Shown piece by piece: positions 28,529 to 38,427 of a stretch of 64,000 nt of DNA. The notes beneath the pieces are model-generated. The model was given only the letters and a program-made list of their open reading frames with translations. It was not told the origin of the DNA and searched no databases. Made by a program: the position numbers and the translations under genes. The stretch lies in contig JBDRTG010000047.1 in NCBI GenBank assembly GCA_043824255.1, forward strand, positions 128,001-192,000. The letters are read 5' to 3'. Position 1 is the stretch's first letter, and each line of letters opens with the position of its first letter. The stretch comes from a bacterium (GTDB lineage Bacteria; JAHJDO01).

Positions 28529-29653
28529 ATGAAACAATTTTCTCTTTTAATAAAGCCTGCATCTGCTGACTGTAATCTTCATTGTCCATATTGTTTTTAT
28601 CTGGATCGAAGTACTCTCTATCCAGAAACCAAACGTCACCGCATGCCTGATAAGGTACTTGCGCAAATGATTTCCAGTTATATGAAAACAGAGCAGAACC
28701 AGTATGCTTTTGGCTGGCAGGGGGGTGAGCCAATGCTTATGGGTGTGGATTTTTTCCGCAGGGTGACTGAACTTCAGCAGAAGTATGGTAAGAATGGAGC
28801 TTTGGTTGCAAACGGACTTCAAACAAATGCTACATTAATTGACGTGGAATTTGCCAGGCACCTTGCAAAATATAAATTTTTAGCAGGAGTTAGTCTTGAT
28901 GGACCTGAGAACATACATAACCGCTATAGAATTACTGCTGATGGACGTGGGTCATATACAGATGTCTTAAGAGGCATAGAACATCTAAAACAGAATAATG
29001 TTGAGTTTAACATTCTGGCTCTCGTTACTTCAGCAAATGTAAAAAAAGCTAGGGAAGTTTATAGTTTTCTCTGTGATATGGGATTTTTCTATCATCAATA
29101 TATTCCCTGTGTTGAGTTTGACAATAAAGGACACCCCATGCCTTTTTCAATTAATGGAGAGGAATGGGGTGATTTTCTATGTGAGATTTTTGATGAGTGG
29201 ATCAAAAGGGATACAAAAAAAGTCTCTGTACGTCTGTTTGATTCTATTCTCACATTGATTGTAGACGGTGTATATAATGTCTGTCATATGGGAGATAACT
29301 GCTGTCAGTATTTTGTTGTGGAACATAATGGAGAGATATATCCATGCGATTTCTTTGTTGAATCGAATAAAAAACTTGGGAACATAATGAATGATTCATG
29401 GGAAGAACTTCAAAATTCTCCGCAATATATAGAATTTGGTAGAAAAAAAGCTCTCTGGAATGAGGAATGTAATCACTGTGAACATCTTAAATACTGCTCA
29501 GGTGATTGCTTAAAGCATCGTCTTTATAAAAGAGATAATTCGAAAGATTTGAGCTGGCTATGTAAGGGCTGGAAGCAGTTTTTTAATCACGCTCTTCCTG
29601 AGCTTAAGAAGCTTGCCAAACAACTTGCCAATCAAAGAGGTTGGTACGTTTGA
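28529..29653 (+). CDS. Anaerobic sulfatase maturase (radical SAM/SPASM)
   Basis: IKPASADCNLHCPYCFY, WQGGEP, LQTNAT, YPCDFF and C-terminal SPASM cysteines. Confidence 0.93.
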   Translation: MKQFSLLIKPASADCNLHCPYCFYLDRSTLYPETKRHRMPDKVLAQMISSYMKTEQNQYAFGWQGGEPMLMGVDFFRRVTELQQKYGKNGALVANGLQTNATLIDVEFARHLAKYKFLAGVSLDGPENIHNRYRITADGRGSYTDVLRGIEHLKQNNVEFNILALVTSANVKKAREVYSFLCDMGFFYHQYIPCVEFDNKGHPMPFSINGEEWGDFLCEIFDEWIKRDTKKVSVRLFDSILTLIVDGVYNVCHMGDNCCQYFVVEHNGEIYPCDFFVESNKKLGNIMNDSWEELQNSPQYIEFGRKKALWNEECNHCEHLKYCSGDCLKHRLYKRDNSKDLSWLCKGWKQFFNHALPELKKLAKQLANQRGWYV

Positions 29654-29678
29654 CGGAGTAATAATATTAAAGTATAAT
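29650..29678 (+). promoter_or_regulatory. Sigma70 promoter, likely giving a leaderless tauE-waaA transcript
   Basis: TTGACG-17 bp-TATAAT ending 7 nt before ATG 29686; no SD. Confidence 0.6.
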
Positions 29679-29685
29679 TCCTTAA

Positions 29686-30450
29686 ATGTACTATTTATTA
29701 GCTCCTTTAGCTGGTATATTCGCAGGAATCGGATCAGGGCTTTTAGGCATGGGAGGAGGTGCAATCCTTGTCCCTGTTTTACTATTTATCTTCAGATTGT
29801 CTATTAAAGAAGCAATCGGGACAAGCCTGTGTATAATTGTACTTACTGCTATATCAGCAATAATTGTACATTGGAAAGAAAAACAGGTTAATTTAAAACT
29901 GGCTATTGTCATGGCTTTAAGCGGAGTTATTGGTGCCCAGCTTGGGTCTTATCTTAATAAGATTATTCCTGATAATATAATTAAACTCATATTTACAGTT
30001 GTCGTGATTATATTCGGTTTTAAAATGTGGATAGGGACAAATAACGGAGGGGGAAAAATTTCCGCTGCCAATAATACTTCTAACATAAGATTCAATAAAT
30101 CATTAGCGTTAATTCTCGGGCTAATTGCTGGAACCGCTTCTGGCCTGCTTGGGATAGGAGGAGCATTGATCATGGTTCCTGTAATGCATATATTTTTATG
30201 TATTCCCATGAATATATGTGTTGGAACTTCCCTTTTTATTGTATTCTTTAATTCCCTTTCAGGAGTAGTGGGCTATATAGCCAGAGGAGATACGAATTTG
30301 AAACTTGCAATTCTTATAGCTATTGGCTCAGTTGTTGCCGCTCCTTTTGGTGCAAAACTAAGCGTAAAGATTTCACGAGAAAAACTAAGAAAAATATTTG
30401 CTGTTGTTCTTGTGCTTGCTGGGATAGCTATATTGTTTAAGAAAGTATGA
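29686..30450 (+). CDS. Sulfite exporter TauE/SafE family protein
   Basis: Duplicated SGLLG(M/I)GG..VP and GTSL motifs; hydrophobic throughout. Confidence 0.92.
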   Translation: MYYLLAPLAGIFAGIGSGLLGMGGGAILVPVLLFIFRLSIKEAIGTSLCIIVLTAISAIIVHWKEKQVNLKLAIVMALSGVIGAQLGSYLNKIIPDNIIKLIFTVVVIIFGFKMWIGTNNGGGKISAANNTSNIRFNKSLALILGLIAGTASGLLGIGGALIMVPVMHIFLCIPMNICVGTSLFIVFFNSLSGVVGYIARGDTNLKLAILIAIGSVVAAPFGAKLSVKISREKLRKIFAVVLVLAGIAILFKKV

Positions 30451-31739
30451 TATACGTCATTTATAACACTCTTTTGTATTCTATGTCTATCATTGCATCG
30501 CCCTATTTTTTATGCAAACTTGTTTTTACTGAAAAGCATAGAATGGGCTTATCACAGCGATTCGGTAAATTGCCTCAGTCGTTGATAGATATAGCTCAAT
30601 CTGGCAAATCAGTCTGGATACATGCTGTTTCTGTGGGAGAAGTAGCAGCTGCAATGCCATTCATTGATGAGTTCAAGAAAACATTTCCTGATTATAGAAT
30701 TTTTCTTTCAACAGTTACTGCTACAGGCAATCAGTTTGCAAAGAAAATAAAAAATATTGATGGATTATTCTTCTTTCCATTTGACTATTCGTTCGCAGTT
30801 AAAAAAGCCATAAAACATATAAGCCCAAATATATTTATAACATTTGAGACAGAAATATGGCCAAATTTTCTCAAGTATGCCCAAGACATGAAAATCCCAT
30901 GTATCCTTGTAAATGGTCGTATATCTCCAGACTCTTTCAAGCGTTATAAAAAAGCGAAATTTTTCTTTAAACACATCCTTAAGAATTTCTCAGCATTTTG
31001 CATGCAAACAGAACAAGATAAAACAAGAATCTTGGAACTAGGCGCAGAAAAAAGAAAAGTCAGGATAACTGGAAATACAAAGTTTGACGCACTTGTTAGC
31101 AAAGAAGAAAATACAAAAATAAAAAATAAATTTACAAAAATCTTTGATATTAAAGAAAATGATAAGGTTATTATTGCAGGCAGTACACACCGAGGAGAAG
31201 AAGAAAAAGTCTTAGACGCATTTGAATATATTTGCCAAAAAGTCAGCAATGTTCTTCTGATACTTGCTCCAAGACATCCTGAACGCTTTCGGGAAATAAC
31301 AAAATTGTTGAAAGATAGAAATATAGATTACATTCTGAGATCAACGTTAGATAAGACTGAGAGAAAGGAGCAGCAGGTCATAATCCTTGATACGATTGGA
31401 GAATTATCGAAACTATATACTATAGCTGATGTTGTATTTATTGGAGGAAGTTTGGTGCCTACAGGAGGACATAATGTCATTGAACCAGCAAGCCTGGGCA
31501 AACCAGTCGTTTTTGGCCCATATATGTATAACTTTACTGAGAGTGCAAATCTGCTTCTTGAGTGCAAGGGAGCTATTCAGATATCTGATGAGGCTGGACT
31601 TGCAGCTTGTTTATTGAAGCTGATCTTAAATCCTGAATATGCAGAACAAATTGGTGGGATTGCAAAGGAAACTGTACAACAAAACAAAGGTGCAAGTAAA
31701 AGAAATCTTGAAATTATATCGGGATTTTTGAATTATTAG
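30447..31739 (+). CDS. waaA: 3-deoxy-D-manno-octulosonic acid transferase
   Basis: WIHAVSVGE, ETEIWPN, GNTKFD, AGSTH, APRHPER and GGHNVIEPA motifs. Confidence 0.96.
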   Translation: MIYVIYNTLLYSMSIIASPYFLCKLVFTEKHRMGLSQRFGKLPQSLIDIAQSGKSVWIHAVSVGEVAAAMPFIDEFKKTFPDYRIFLSTVTATGNQFAKKIKNIDGLFFFPFDYSFAVKKAIKHISPNIFITFETEIWPNFLKYAQDMKIPCILVNGRISPDSFKRYKKAKFFFKHILKNFSAFCMQTEQDKTRILELGAEKRKVRITGNTKFDALVSKEENTKIKNKFTKIFDIKENDKVIIAGSTHRGEEEKVLDAFEYICQKVSNVLLILAPRHPERFREITKLLKDRNIDYILRSTLDKTERKEQQVIILDTIGELSKLYTIADVVFIGGSLVPTGGHNVIEPASLGKPVVFGPYMYNFTESANLLLECKGAIQISDEAGLAACLLKLILNPEYAEQIGGIAKETVQQNKGASKRNLEIISGFLNY

Positions 31740-31757
31740 ATATGGAGAGAGTATAAA

Positions 31758-32624
31758 TTGCCTATGAAAGAAGCTCTATATTACAAAAAGCTCAACAATG
31801 ATTCTGTGCAATGTTTGCTCTGCCCAAAGCTATGTAAGATTAAGGAGGGTAAAAGCGGGTTCTGTGGCGCAAGGGAAAATATAGGGAATAAGCTGTTCTC
31901 AAACATATATTCCCGCGTCAGTTCCCAGGGAATGGATCCTATAGAGAAAAAGCCGTTGTATCACTTTTACCCCGGAAGTTTAATCCTCTCGTTAGGAACT
32001 ATTGGCTGCAATTTTGCTTGCCCTTTTTGTCAAAATTGGCAGATCTCTCAAGAGCATAATGTTCCTACTCAGCACATGTCGCCATCTGAAGCTGTAGAAA
32101 AGGCTTTGGAGAGAAGCTCCATTGGCATTGCATACACATACTCTGAACCAATGATATGGTATGAATATGTAATGGATACAGCTAAGCTTGCTAAAGAAAA
32201 AGGCTTGAAGAACGTGCTTGTAACAAACGGCTATATTAATGAAAATCCACTCAAAGAATTACTACCATTTATAGATGCCATGAATATTGATTTAAAAGCT
32301 TTTGACGAAAAATTCTATAAAGAAATCTGCAAAGGAGACCTTGAAACTGTATTGAAAACAATAAAAATATCCAGCACAAGCTGCCATATAGAGATAACGA
32401 ATCTTATTATCCCAGGATTTAATGACACAACCAGGCACTTTGAAAATCTCGTCGACTGGATGGTGGAAAACATAGGAGTAGATATACCTCTGCATTTTTC
32501 GAGATATTTCCCACATTATAAGATGGAAACTAGTTCTATTACTCCGATTGAAACTCTGGAGCAGGCGTGTGAAATTGCAAAGAGAAAGTTAAGGTATGTA
32601 TATTTGGGGAATATAATGATATAA
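31758..32624 (+). CDS. amrS: AmmeMemoRadiSam system radical SAM enzyme
   Basis: CLLCP..C, DPIEKKPLYHFYPG, CNFACPFCQNWQISQ, AYTYSEP and LHFSRYFP motifs; start TTG 31758 or ATG 31764. Confidence 0.92.
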   Translation: MPMKEALYYKKLNNDSVQCLLCPKLCKIKEGKSGFCGARENIGNKLFSNIYSRVSSQGMDPIEKKPLYHFYPGSLILSLGTIGCNFACPFCQNWQISQEHNVPTQHMSPSEAVEKALERSSIGIAYTYSEPMIWYEYVMDTAKLAKEKGLKNVLVTNGYINENPLKELLPFIDAMNIDLKAFDEKFYKEICKGDLETVLKTIKISSTSCHIEITNLIIPGFNDTTRHFENLVDWMVENIGVDIPLHFSRYFPHYKMETSSITPIETLEQACEIAKRKLRYVYLGNIMI

Positions 32625-32650
32625 TAAATGAAATTTCGGAGGGCTATATA

Positions 32651-32917
32651 ATGGCATTATTAAAAGGCAGAATAGGTTTCTTTCTAGCGCTAATAGTGAT
32701 AGGCGGGCTTGTGGGCAGTATAATAGGAGAAATCTTTGGGCTTCTTCTTCCTACTGGTGTAATTCATAATATTTTTGTAAAAGGGCTAAATATGCAACTC
32801 GGTCCAGCAACATTGAATCTAGTAGTTTTTAGCATAACATTAGGATTTGGCTTAAAACTTAACCTCTGTGGATTACTCGGCATTACACTTGCTCTATTAA
32901 TATATAAAAAAGCATAA
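32651..32917 (+). CDS. DUF4321-like small membrane protein
   Basis: GGLVGSIIGE...LNLVVFSITLGFGLKLN pattern; GGAGG RBS. Confidence 0.75.
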   Translation: MALLKGRIGFFLALIVIGGLVGSIIGEIFGLLLPTGVIHNIFVKGLNMQLGPATLNLVVFSITLGFGLKLNLCGLLGITLALLIYKKA

Positions 32918-32920
32918 CAA

Positions 32921-34672
32921 TCAGCCTGTTACTTCCAGGAATCCTCTAAGCTTTCTACTCCTAATTGGATGACATAGCTTTTTTAAAGCTTTTGCTTCTA
33001 TTTGGCGGATCCTCTCTCTTGTTACATGGAATACATTGCCTACTTCTTCCAAGGTATGAGGATACCCATTATTAAGACCAAACCTGAGTCTTAATATCTT
33101 TGCCTCCCTCTCAGTAAGGGTCACTAGAACCTCTTCTAACTGTTCCTTTAACATTACAGATGAAGTAGCATCTGATGGAGAAACAATACTCTTATCCTCT
33201 ATAAAATCTCCGAAATGAGTATCTCCCTCATCTCCGACTGGTGCTTCAAGAGATATCGGATGTTGTGCTATCTTAACTATTCCGCGAACTTTATCTATAG
33301 GTAGCTTCATTCTTTCTGCAAGTTGCTCCGGGCTGGGCTCTTCTCCAAACTCCTGTATCAGTTCACGTGATGTTCTTGCAAACTTATTAATCGTTTCTAT
33401 CATGTGCACAGGAATGCGAATTGTTCTAGCCTGATCAGCTATTGCTCTTGTTATTGCCTGGCGAATCCACCATGTTGCATAAGTAGAAAACTTATAACCT
33501 CGCTTATGCTCGAATTTATCTATAGCTTTCATTAGACCTATGTTGCCTTCTTGAATCAGATCCAAAAAAGGTAAGCCTCTATTAACATACTTTTTAGCAA
33601 TACTTACAACAAGACGTAGGTTCGCCTCTGCCATTTCCTTCTTTACTGCAGAAATTCTTACTTTCTCATGCTCTATTTCCTTTACTAATTCAGACAGCTG
33701 GTCAAAGGATAGTGCAGCTTCTGCTTCTAAATATCTTATTCTTCTCCGACTTTTGCTTATGTTATGGTTAGCTTCTAAAATCTCCATAACTGTATGACCT
33801 GTTTGCTCAATTACATTCTTGGGAAGTATCTTCTTGTTTGTTATTTCTCTTGATATAACAGATATCTGTTTTTTACCCATTCCCACTTTATTTACAATCT
33901 CGTTAATTCTTGCTTTTATCTCATTCATTTCTTTGAGAGAACATTTTATCTTATTAGCAGCTTCTAATATATCTGTCTGAGACAATTTAAGCTTACTTCC
34001 GATTTTTATAATCCTGTTTTTTTCAGAATTTATTTCTTCTGTTATTTTTAACTCCTGTTCTTTTGAGAGTCCAGGTTTTTTTAGTTTCTTCTTTAAATCA
34101 TGAATTTTTATGTCAGCGTCGCTTATACTATCTAATAAAGCAGGCATGCTTTTTAATAGATCTTTGCTTTGAATGCCTATTTCATCATCAAGAATATCCT
34201 CAATTTCTGTTTCAGTCTCTTTTAACTTTTTAAGATACCTATCAACTATGATCTTTATTTGTTTAGGTGCAAACCCACAGGTAAATACTAATCTTCTTAA
34301 TTTTCTCTCTGCCTTTTCAATCTTCTTCGCCAGTTTTGATTCCTGCTCTCTGGTAAGTAAATCAATCTGTCCCATCTGATGCAGATATGTGCGCACAGGA
34401 TCACTAACTTTTGACTTTGTAGCAACGTCCAGTGTTTCTTCAACTTCTTTTTCTTTTGAAACAGCTGTAATCTTAGTCTCAGGAGCAGATAAAATCTCGA
34501 TATCCATGTCTCCTAACATCATAAGAATATCATCAATCTGCTCTGATGAGACAACATCAACGGGAAGCATCTCATTTATCTCTTCATAGGTCAAGTGTCC
34601 CTTTTTCTTTCCTAATTCTATTAATTTTTTTGTGCCCTTAGGACATCTTTTTCTCTTATTCATACTCACCAT
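32921..34672 (-). CDS. rpoD: Primary RNA polymerase sigma factor
   Basis: Region 1.1; [33 protein letters not shown] and [10 protein letters not shown] motifs; downstream of dnaG. Confidence 0.97.
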   Translation of the reverse strand: MVSMNKRKRCPKGTKKLIELGKKKGHLTYEEINEMLPVDVVSSEQIDDILMMLGDMDIEILSAPETKITAVSKEKEVEETLDVATKSKVSDPVRTYLHQMGQIDLLTREQESKLAKKIEKAERKLRRLVFTCGFAPKQIKIIVDRYLKKLKETETEIEDILDDEIGIQSKDLLKSMPALLDSISDADIKIHDLKKKLKKPGLSKEQELKITEEINSEKNRIIKIGSKLKLSQTDILEAANKIKCSLKEMNEIKARINEIVNKVGMGKKQISVISREITNKKILPKNVIEQTGHTVMEILEANHNISKSRRRIRYLEAEAALSFDQLSELVKEIEHEKVRISAVKKEMAEANLRLVVSIAKKYVNRGLPFLDLIQEGNIGLMKAIDKFEHKRGYKFSTYATWWIRQAITRAIADQARTIRIPVHMIETINKFARTSRELIQEFGEEPSPEQLAERMKLPIDKVRGIVKIAQHPISLEAPVGDEGDTHFGDFIEDKSIVSPSDATSSVMLKEQLEEVLVTLTEREAKILRLRFGLNNGYPHTLEEVGNVFHVTRERIRQIEAKALKKLCHPIRSRKLRGFLEVTG

Positions 34673-34682
34673 TCACCTTTCT

Positions 34683-34706
34683 GTAGGGGTCGGATAAATC
34701 CGACCC
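34683..34706 (+). repeat. REP-like palindrome between dnaG and rpoD
   Basis: GTAG followed by the perfect 9-bp stem GGGTCGGAT-AA-ATCCGACCC. Confidence 0.6.
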
Positions 34707-36470
34707 TTAATGTTGAAATCGCTGTCTGCACTGTATTATCAATCCTTTCTGTTCCATTATCTGCTTTAGAAGACTCCTCACTTCACCTGTTTCTTTCGTT
34801 TTTTCTAAACTTGCATTGAGCTCAGCTATCCTTTTATTTATTTTTTTCTCTTTCAACTTTGCTATTGTCTGATTAACCTCTTTTTCTTTTTCAGAATGAG
34901 GAATAGTTTCCATAATGAGACCCGTAACTACGTCCTTAAGCATATCACTTTCTAACTGATTTAAAACATTCTTGCAAGAGAACATTTTACCAGCTATGTC
35001 TAGTTTAAATAACAAGCCTGCAATTTGCCGATAGTCATTATTCAAGAAATCCTCTACAACTAAAGACCGACGCACTTTTTTAACAATATCTGTATCTTCC
35101 AGCATCAATTGCAGCAAGTGTTTCTCAACCCTTTCTGTTGGTAAGAGAGTAGCACTTGGATGATAGAATATTCGCTCAGATGTTTGATCCTCTATTTTAC
35201 CCAGCTCATCTAATACAGACGCTTCATCCAACGATAGCCTTGCTGCTAAATACCTGATATATTCGGATTTCCTAATGGAATCTGTTATCTTGCTGATTGT
35301 AGGCAGTATATTTTTTGCGATTTCTGCCTTGCCATCTATAGATGCTGAATCTAACTGATTTTCTAAAATACCAATCCTATAAGTAATAATATCAACTGCT
35401 TCTTCTAGCATATTGGAAAACTTGTTCTTCCCATATCTATTAAGAAAGCTATCAGGATCTTCACCTACAGGTAGTCTAACAATTTTTACCATTAACCCTT
35501 GTTCAACTAGGATGTCTAATCCGCGTAACGTTGCCTTAGTTCCAGCTGTATCTCCGTCATAGACTATAGTTGCTTTTGTGGCATATCTTAACAGCAATTT
35601 GGCCTGCTGAACTGTTAAGGATGTTCCTGAGGATGCTACAACATTTAAAAATCCTGCCTGATAAAGTGACAGAAGATCCATGTACCCTTCCACTATAACA
35701 GCATGCTTATTATCAGCTATTTCCTTTTTCGCAATATTAAGTCCATAAAGAATATTGCTCTTATTGTATAAATCTGTTTGTGGAGAATTTAGATATTTGG
35801 GAAGTGTTTTATCATCAAGTGCTCTGCCCGCGAAACCTACGATTTTCCCCTGTGTATTATGTACTGGAAATATAATACGATTCTTAAATCTTACATACCT
35901 GTTTTTCTCGCGAGAATCATACGCAATTATACCCGCTTTAACTAAAGCGGCCTCAGATATTTTCTCCCCTTTAGCAAATTCCAACAAACTCTTTGGAGAG
36001 ATTGGCGCATATCCCAGTTTAAAGTCTTTAATTATCTGACTATCAATTCCTCTGTTCTTCAAATACGCATAGGCGTGTTTGCCTTCTGAACTATTTATTA
36101 GCATATTGGTGAAATGATCAGAGACTATATTGTTAACTCTATACAGGTCTAAAACATCCGTGTTTATTTTTTGTCTCGCAATAGAGATTCCTGCTTTATC
36201 TGCAAGTGACTCTACTGCTTCAATAAAAGTCATATTTTCGTATTTCACTATAAAGCCAAATACATTGCCTCCTGCTCCACAGCCAAAGCAATGAAATATC
36301 TGTTTTTCTGGGCTGACTATGAATGACGGGGTTTTTTCATGATGAAATGGACACAGTGCTTTAAAACTTCTCCCTACCTGCTTTAAAGGGATATAGCTGG
36401 AAATAACTGAAACAATATCACTCTGTTGTTGTATATTCTCAATAACTGAATCAGGAATCATTCCAACCAT
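34707..36470 (-). CDS. dnaG: DNA primase
   Basis: CPFHHEKTPSF zinc finger, KYLNSP, VEGYMD, YDGDTAG and DPD motifs. Confidence 0.98.
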   Translation of the reverse strand: MVGMIPDSVIENIQQQSDIVSVISSYIPLKQVGRSFKALCPFHHEKTPSFIVSPEKQIFHCFGCGAGGNVFGFIVKYENMTFIEAVESLADKAGISIARQKINTDVLDLYRVNNIVSDHFTNMLINSSEGKHAYAYLKNRGIDSQIIKDFKLGYAPISPKSLLEFAKGEKISEAALVKAGIIAYDSREKNRYVRFKNRIIFPVHNTQGKIVGFAGRALDDKTLPKYLNSPQTDLYNKSNILYGLNIAKKEIADNKHAVIVEGYMDLLSLYQAGFLNVVASSGTSLTVQQAKLLLRYATKATIVYDGDTAGTKATLRGLDILVEQGLMVKIVRLPVGEDPDSFLNRYGKNKFSNMLEEAVDIITYRIGILENQLDSASIDGKAEIAKNILPTISKITDSIRKSEYIRYLAARLSLDEASVLDELGKIEDQTSERIFYHPSATLLPTERVEKHLLQLMLEDTDIVKKVRRSLVVEDFLNNDYRQIAGLLFKLDIAGKMFSCKNVLNQLESDMLKDVVTGLIMETIPHSEKEKEVNQTIAKLKEKKINKRIAELNASLEKTKETGEVRSLLKQIMEQKGLIIQCRQRFQH

Positions 36471-36519
36471 AAATTTAGACTGCCTTTGCTAATATTTTTT
36501 CTGAAAAGTCGAACTTTTT

Positions 36520-36549
36520 AGTCTAGCATGAGGATACGCGCCCTGTCAA
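36520..36549 (-). promoter_or_regulatory. Sigma70 promoter of dnaG-rpoD
   Basis: Minus strand TTGACA-18 bp-TAGACT with a TG extension. Confidence 0.6.
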
Positions 36550-36550
36550 A

Positions 36551-36889
36551 TTAGCCCGGCGGCCAGTGCATAATTCTTCCACCTATAAGATGGAAATGCA
36601 GATGAAATACCTCTTGTCCGCCATGTCTATTGCAGTTGCATACTATGCGAAAGCCTGAAGAAGCAATGTTGCTCTTCTCTGCTATCTCCACAGCTATTCT
36701 ATGTATCTTCCCAATCAACATATTGTCGTCAACATCAATAATCGTTGGAATATGGTTCTTTGGAACTATTAAGATATGAGCGGGTGCAACAGGTTTGATA
36801 TCCTTAAATGCTAATACGTCTTCATCTTCGTATACTATCTCTGCTGGGATTTGCTTGTTAATAATCTTACAGAATAAACAAGCGCTCAT
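36551..36889 (-). CDS. Histidine triad nucleotide-binding protein (HinT-like)
   Basis: CLFCKI, GQEVFHLHFHLIGGR and terminal WPPG. Confidence 0.96.
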   Translation of the reverse strand: MSACLFCKIINKQIPAEIVYEDEDVLAFKDIKPVAPAHILIVPKNHIPTIIDVDDNMLIGKIHRIAVEIAEKSNIASSGFRIVCNCNRHGGQEVFHLHFHLIGGRIMHWPPG

Positions 36890-36973
36890 AATATGTCCTC
36901 CTATATATTTTTATAGGCTACCTAAATTATCATGCTTTCTTATGTTTTTTACAAGCATTTCTTTACATCCCCA

Positions 36974-37041
36974 CATCCCCCTCCCCTAGTTTCGCCTATG
37001 GCAAAACTATTCCCCCTTTGAAGGGGGATTTTAGGGGGATG
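36974..37041. repeat. Structured intergenic palindromic element (three-way junction)
   Basis: Outer stem CATCCCCCT/AGGGGGATG enclosing hairpins TAGTTTCGCC/GGCAAAACTA and TCCCCCTT/AAGGGGGA. Confidence 0.7.
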
Positions 37042-37086
37042 TCATGCATTTGACTTGCTTTATAAAAAGTGATAGCTTCTGGTCTA

Positions 37087-38427
37087 ATGTTTAGTATTTT
37101 GAAAATTAGAATTTTGAATTTGTTTCGGATTTCGATATTAGAATTTCGTATTTTATTTAGTATCTGGCTTTTATTTGGATTTTGCCTTTTGCCATTATAC
37201 AGTGCCTCATCCTCTTTTATAACTCGTACTGTAAAAGAAGGAGAATCATTATATAAAATTGCTGAGAAATATCTCCCTCTGAGCGACTTCTATACATTAT
37301 CATCATTAGTTAAAGAAATAAAAAGGCTTAATGGTGTTAACCAGATAGACCTTAAGGCAAATAAGAAACTCAGGATTCCTGTTGTCAGAACAAAGCCTGT
37401 CAAGGCAAAAACAATCACAAAAGACAAATCTTTTAATGCCAGAGGAATATACATAACCGGCAATACAGCAGGAACAGAAAGAATTTTGACATTAGCAAAA
37501 AAACTGAAATCTTTCGGAGGAAACACCGTGGTTTTTGACGTAAAAGATGTTGATGGCGTCGTAACGTATAAAAGCTCAGTACCACTCGCAAAGGAAATAG
37601 GTGCTACCAGAAAATCCCAGATAAGAGACATAAGTAAAATGATATATCTTTTGCATAGAGAGGATATGCATGTTGTAGCAAGAATTGCGCTTTTTTGTGA
37701 TGAGATCTTAGTTAAGAAACGCCCTGACTTAGCTGTACAGAGCAAGTCTAGCGGAGGTGTGTGGAAACAAAAGGGAAGGATTCGGTGGGTGGACCCTTCG
37801 CTTGAGATGGTCCAGAAATATAATCTTGACCTAGTCACAGAGCTGTGCGATTTGGGTGTGGATGAGATTCAGTTTGATTATCTCAGATTTCCCGCAATGG
37901 GGAATGTCAAGGATGCAAAGTATTCATTTGATGAGGCAAATATCGAGAAACATACGATCATAACAAGTTTTCTGAAGAGAGCTTATGAATTAACACGCAG
38001 GAAGAAAGTCTTATTATCCATAGATGTCTATGCAATAATGGCTTGGCAGCGCAAGGAAGACGAAGAAATCACAGGTCAGAGGATTCGAGACCTTGCAAAA
38101 TATGCTGATATAATAAGTCCTATGCTGTATCCCTCTCATTTCTATGGCAGGTTTGAAGGCAGGAAGAATCCTGCCGACCACCCATACTATTTTATTTCAC
38201 AAGGTTGCAAAAAAACCAGAATTGCTACAGAGAAAACAGGTATTATTATAAGACCATGGCTTCAGGCATTTCCATACAAAGTAACACCTTCCAAGTGGAA
38301 TAAAGATTACATTCTTGAACAGATAAGAGCTGCTAAAGAAGCTAATGCATGCGGATGGCTACTCTGGAGTGCAAGCAACAACTATAAAGTTTCGTGGCAG
38401 GCGCTAAAGCAGATTCAGAGCTACTAG
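37087..38427 (+). CDS. Exported putative glycoside hydrolase (DUF4015-like TIM barrel) with a LysM-like domain
   Basis: VKEGESLYKIA (LysM-like), RGIYIT, DEIQFDYLRFP, ISPMLYPSHF and RPWLQAF; ATG 37087 lies 8 nt after TTGACT-17-TAGCTT. Confidence 0.82.
   Translation: MFSILKIRILNLFRISILEFRILFSIWLLFGFCLLPLYSASSSFITRTVKEGESLYKIAEKYLPLSDFYTLSSLVKEIKRLNGVNQIDLKANKKLRIPVVRTKPVKAKTITKDKSFNARGIYITGNTAGTERILTLAKKLKSFGGNTVVFDVKDVDGVVTYKSSVPLAKEIGATRKSQIRDISKMIYLLHREDMHVVARIALFCDEILVKKRPDLAVQSKSSGGVWKQKGRIRWVDPSLEMVQKYNLDLVTELCDLGVDEIQFDYLRFPAMGNVKDAKYSFDEANIEKHTIITSFLKRAYELTRRKKVLLSIDVYAIMAWQRKEDEEITGQRIRDLAKYADIISPMLYPSHFYGRFEGRKNPADHPYYFISQGCKKTRIATEKTGIIIRPWLQAFPYKVTPSKWNKDYILEQIRAAKEANACGWLLWSASNNYKVSWQALKQIQSY
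37089..37153 (+). repeat. Degenerate heptamer-repeat element (GAATTTT/GGATTTC/CGATATT units) in the 5' end of the LysM-GH gene
   Basis: GTTTAGTATTTTGAAAATTAGAATTTTGAATTTGTTTCGGATTTCGATATTAGAATTTCGTATTT; about 7-nt periodicity; reverse complement related to AAAATTC. Confidence 0.65.

Noticed and set aside
31758..32624. Complete AmmeMemoRadiSam system
   Set aside because: Only the radical SAM gene is present; the AmmeCR1- and Memo-like partners are not in the window
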